A stretch of DNA of 64,000 bases, from positions 186,001 through 250,000 of IMG/VR virus record IMGVR_UViG_3300047472_000309. One strand, given 5' to 3'. A model generated the notes under the pieces. The model saw only the letters and a program-made list of their open reading frames with translations. It was not told where the DNA came from and searched no databases. The position numbers were made by a program, and so were the translations under genes. This document shows positions 63,932-64,000 of this stretch, one piece after another (position 1 is the first letter of the stretch; each line of letters begins with the position of its first letter).

Positions 63932-64000
63932 CTAACGATTTTCGAGGACGTTGTAGTGAAAGTACAGGGCGCTGCCATAGAAGACGCCGCCCCAAATCGT
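63932..64000 (-). CDS. 3' end of another family-A protein entering from outside the window
   Basis: Translates TIWGGVFYGSALYFHYNVLENR*, carrying the family LYxHYN end motif. Confidence 0.75.
   Translation of the reverse strand, partial: TIWGGVFYGSALYFHYNVLENR

Noticed and set aside
1-64000. tRNA, rRNA, CRISPR array, integrase or transposase
   Set aside because: No cloverleaf with a T-arm GTTCRA context, no repeat-spacer array and no recombinase motifs were found by eye. A tRNAscan-SE or CRISPR-finder run would be decisive.
48874-64000. Diversity-generating retroelement or invertible shufflon acting on the fibre array
   Set aside because: No reverse transcriptase or invertase; paralogue differences are not adenine-specific; all cassettes are co-oriented with no inverted crossover sites.

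Overview
64 kb segment of a large lytic (jumbo) phage. Every credible gene is on the minus strand; there are no tRNA, rRNA, CRISPR, integrase or transposase genes. A phiKZ-like (Chimalliviridae-type) assignment is inferred from a repeated TATAT(T/A)AC early-promoter motif, TATG elements before structural genes, and tail-tube and prohead-protease homologues. A Burkholderiales host is inferred from the ThyA, TrxA and adhesin types. Reading 3' to 5': (1) 48.9-64 kb is an array of about 15 paralogous tail-fibre/lectin genes with a shuffled LamG cassette and one protein bearing eight exact 17-aa repeats. (2) 11.4-48.7 kb is an accessory/early region with thyA, tmk, trxA, a DHFR-Nudix-LysM fusion, a MazG-like protein, NADAR, Nlig-Ia, a RlaP-type nucleotidyltransferase, a BCS1-like AAA ATPase, a GNAT and a complete trimeric autotransporter adhesin under a phage early promoter. 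It also holds three apparent mimics: two loop-deleted tail-tube paralogues, a catalytically dead prohead protease, and a protein ending in an FtsZ C-terminal-peptide-like motif. (3) 1.5-11.3 kb holds further fibre genes, a GG/ILEI lectin plus lipase operon, an orphan QueC-like enzyme and an RNA-ligase-like protein. Family assignments come from motif recognition by eye, not database searches.
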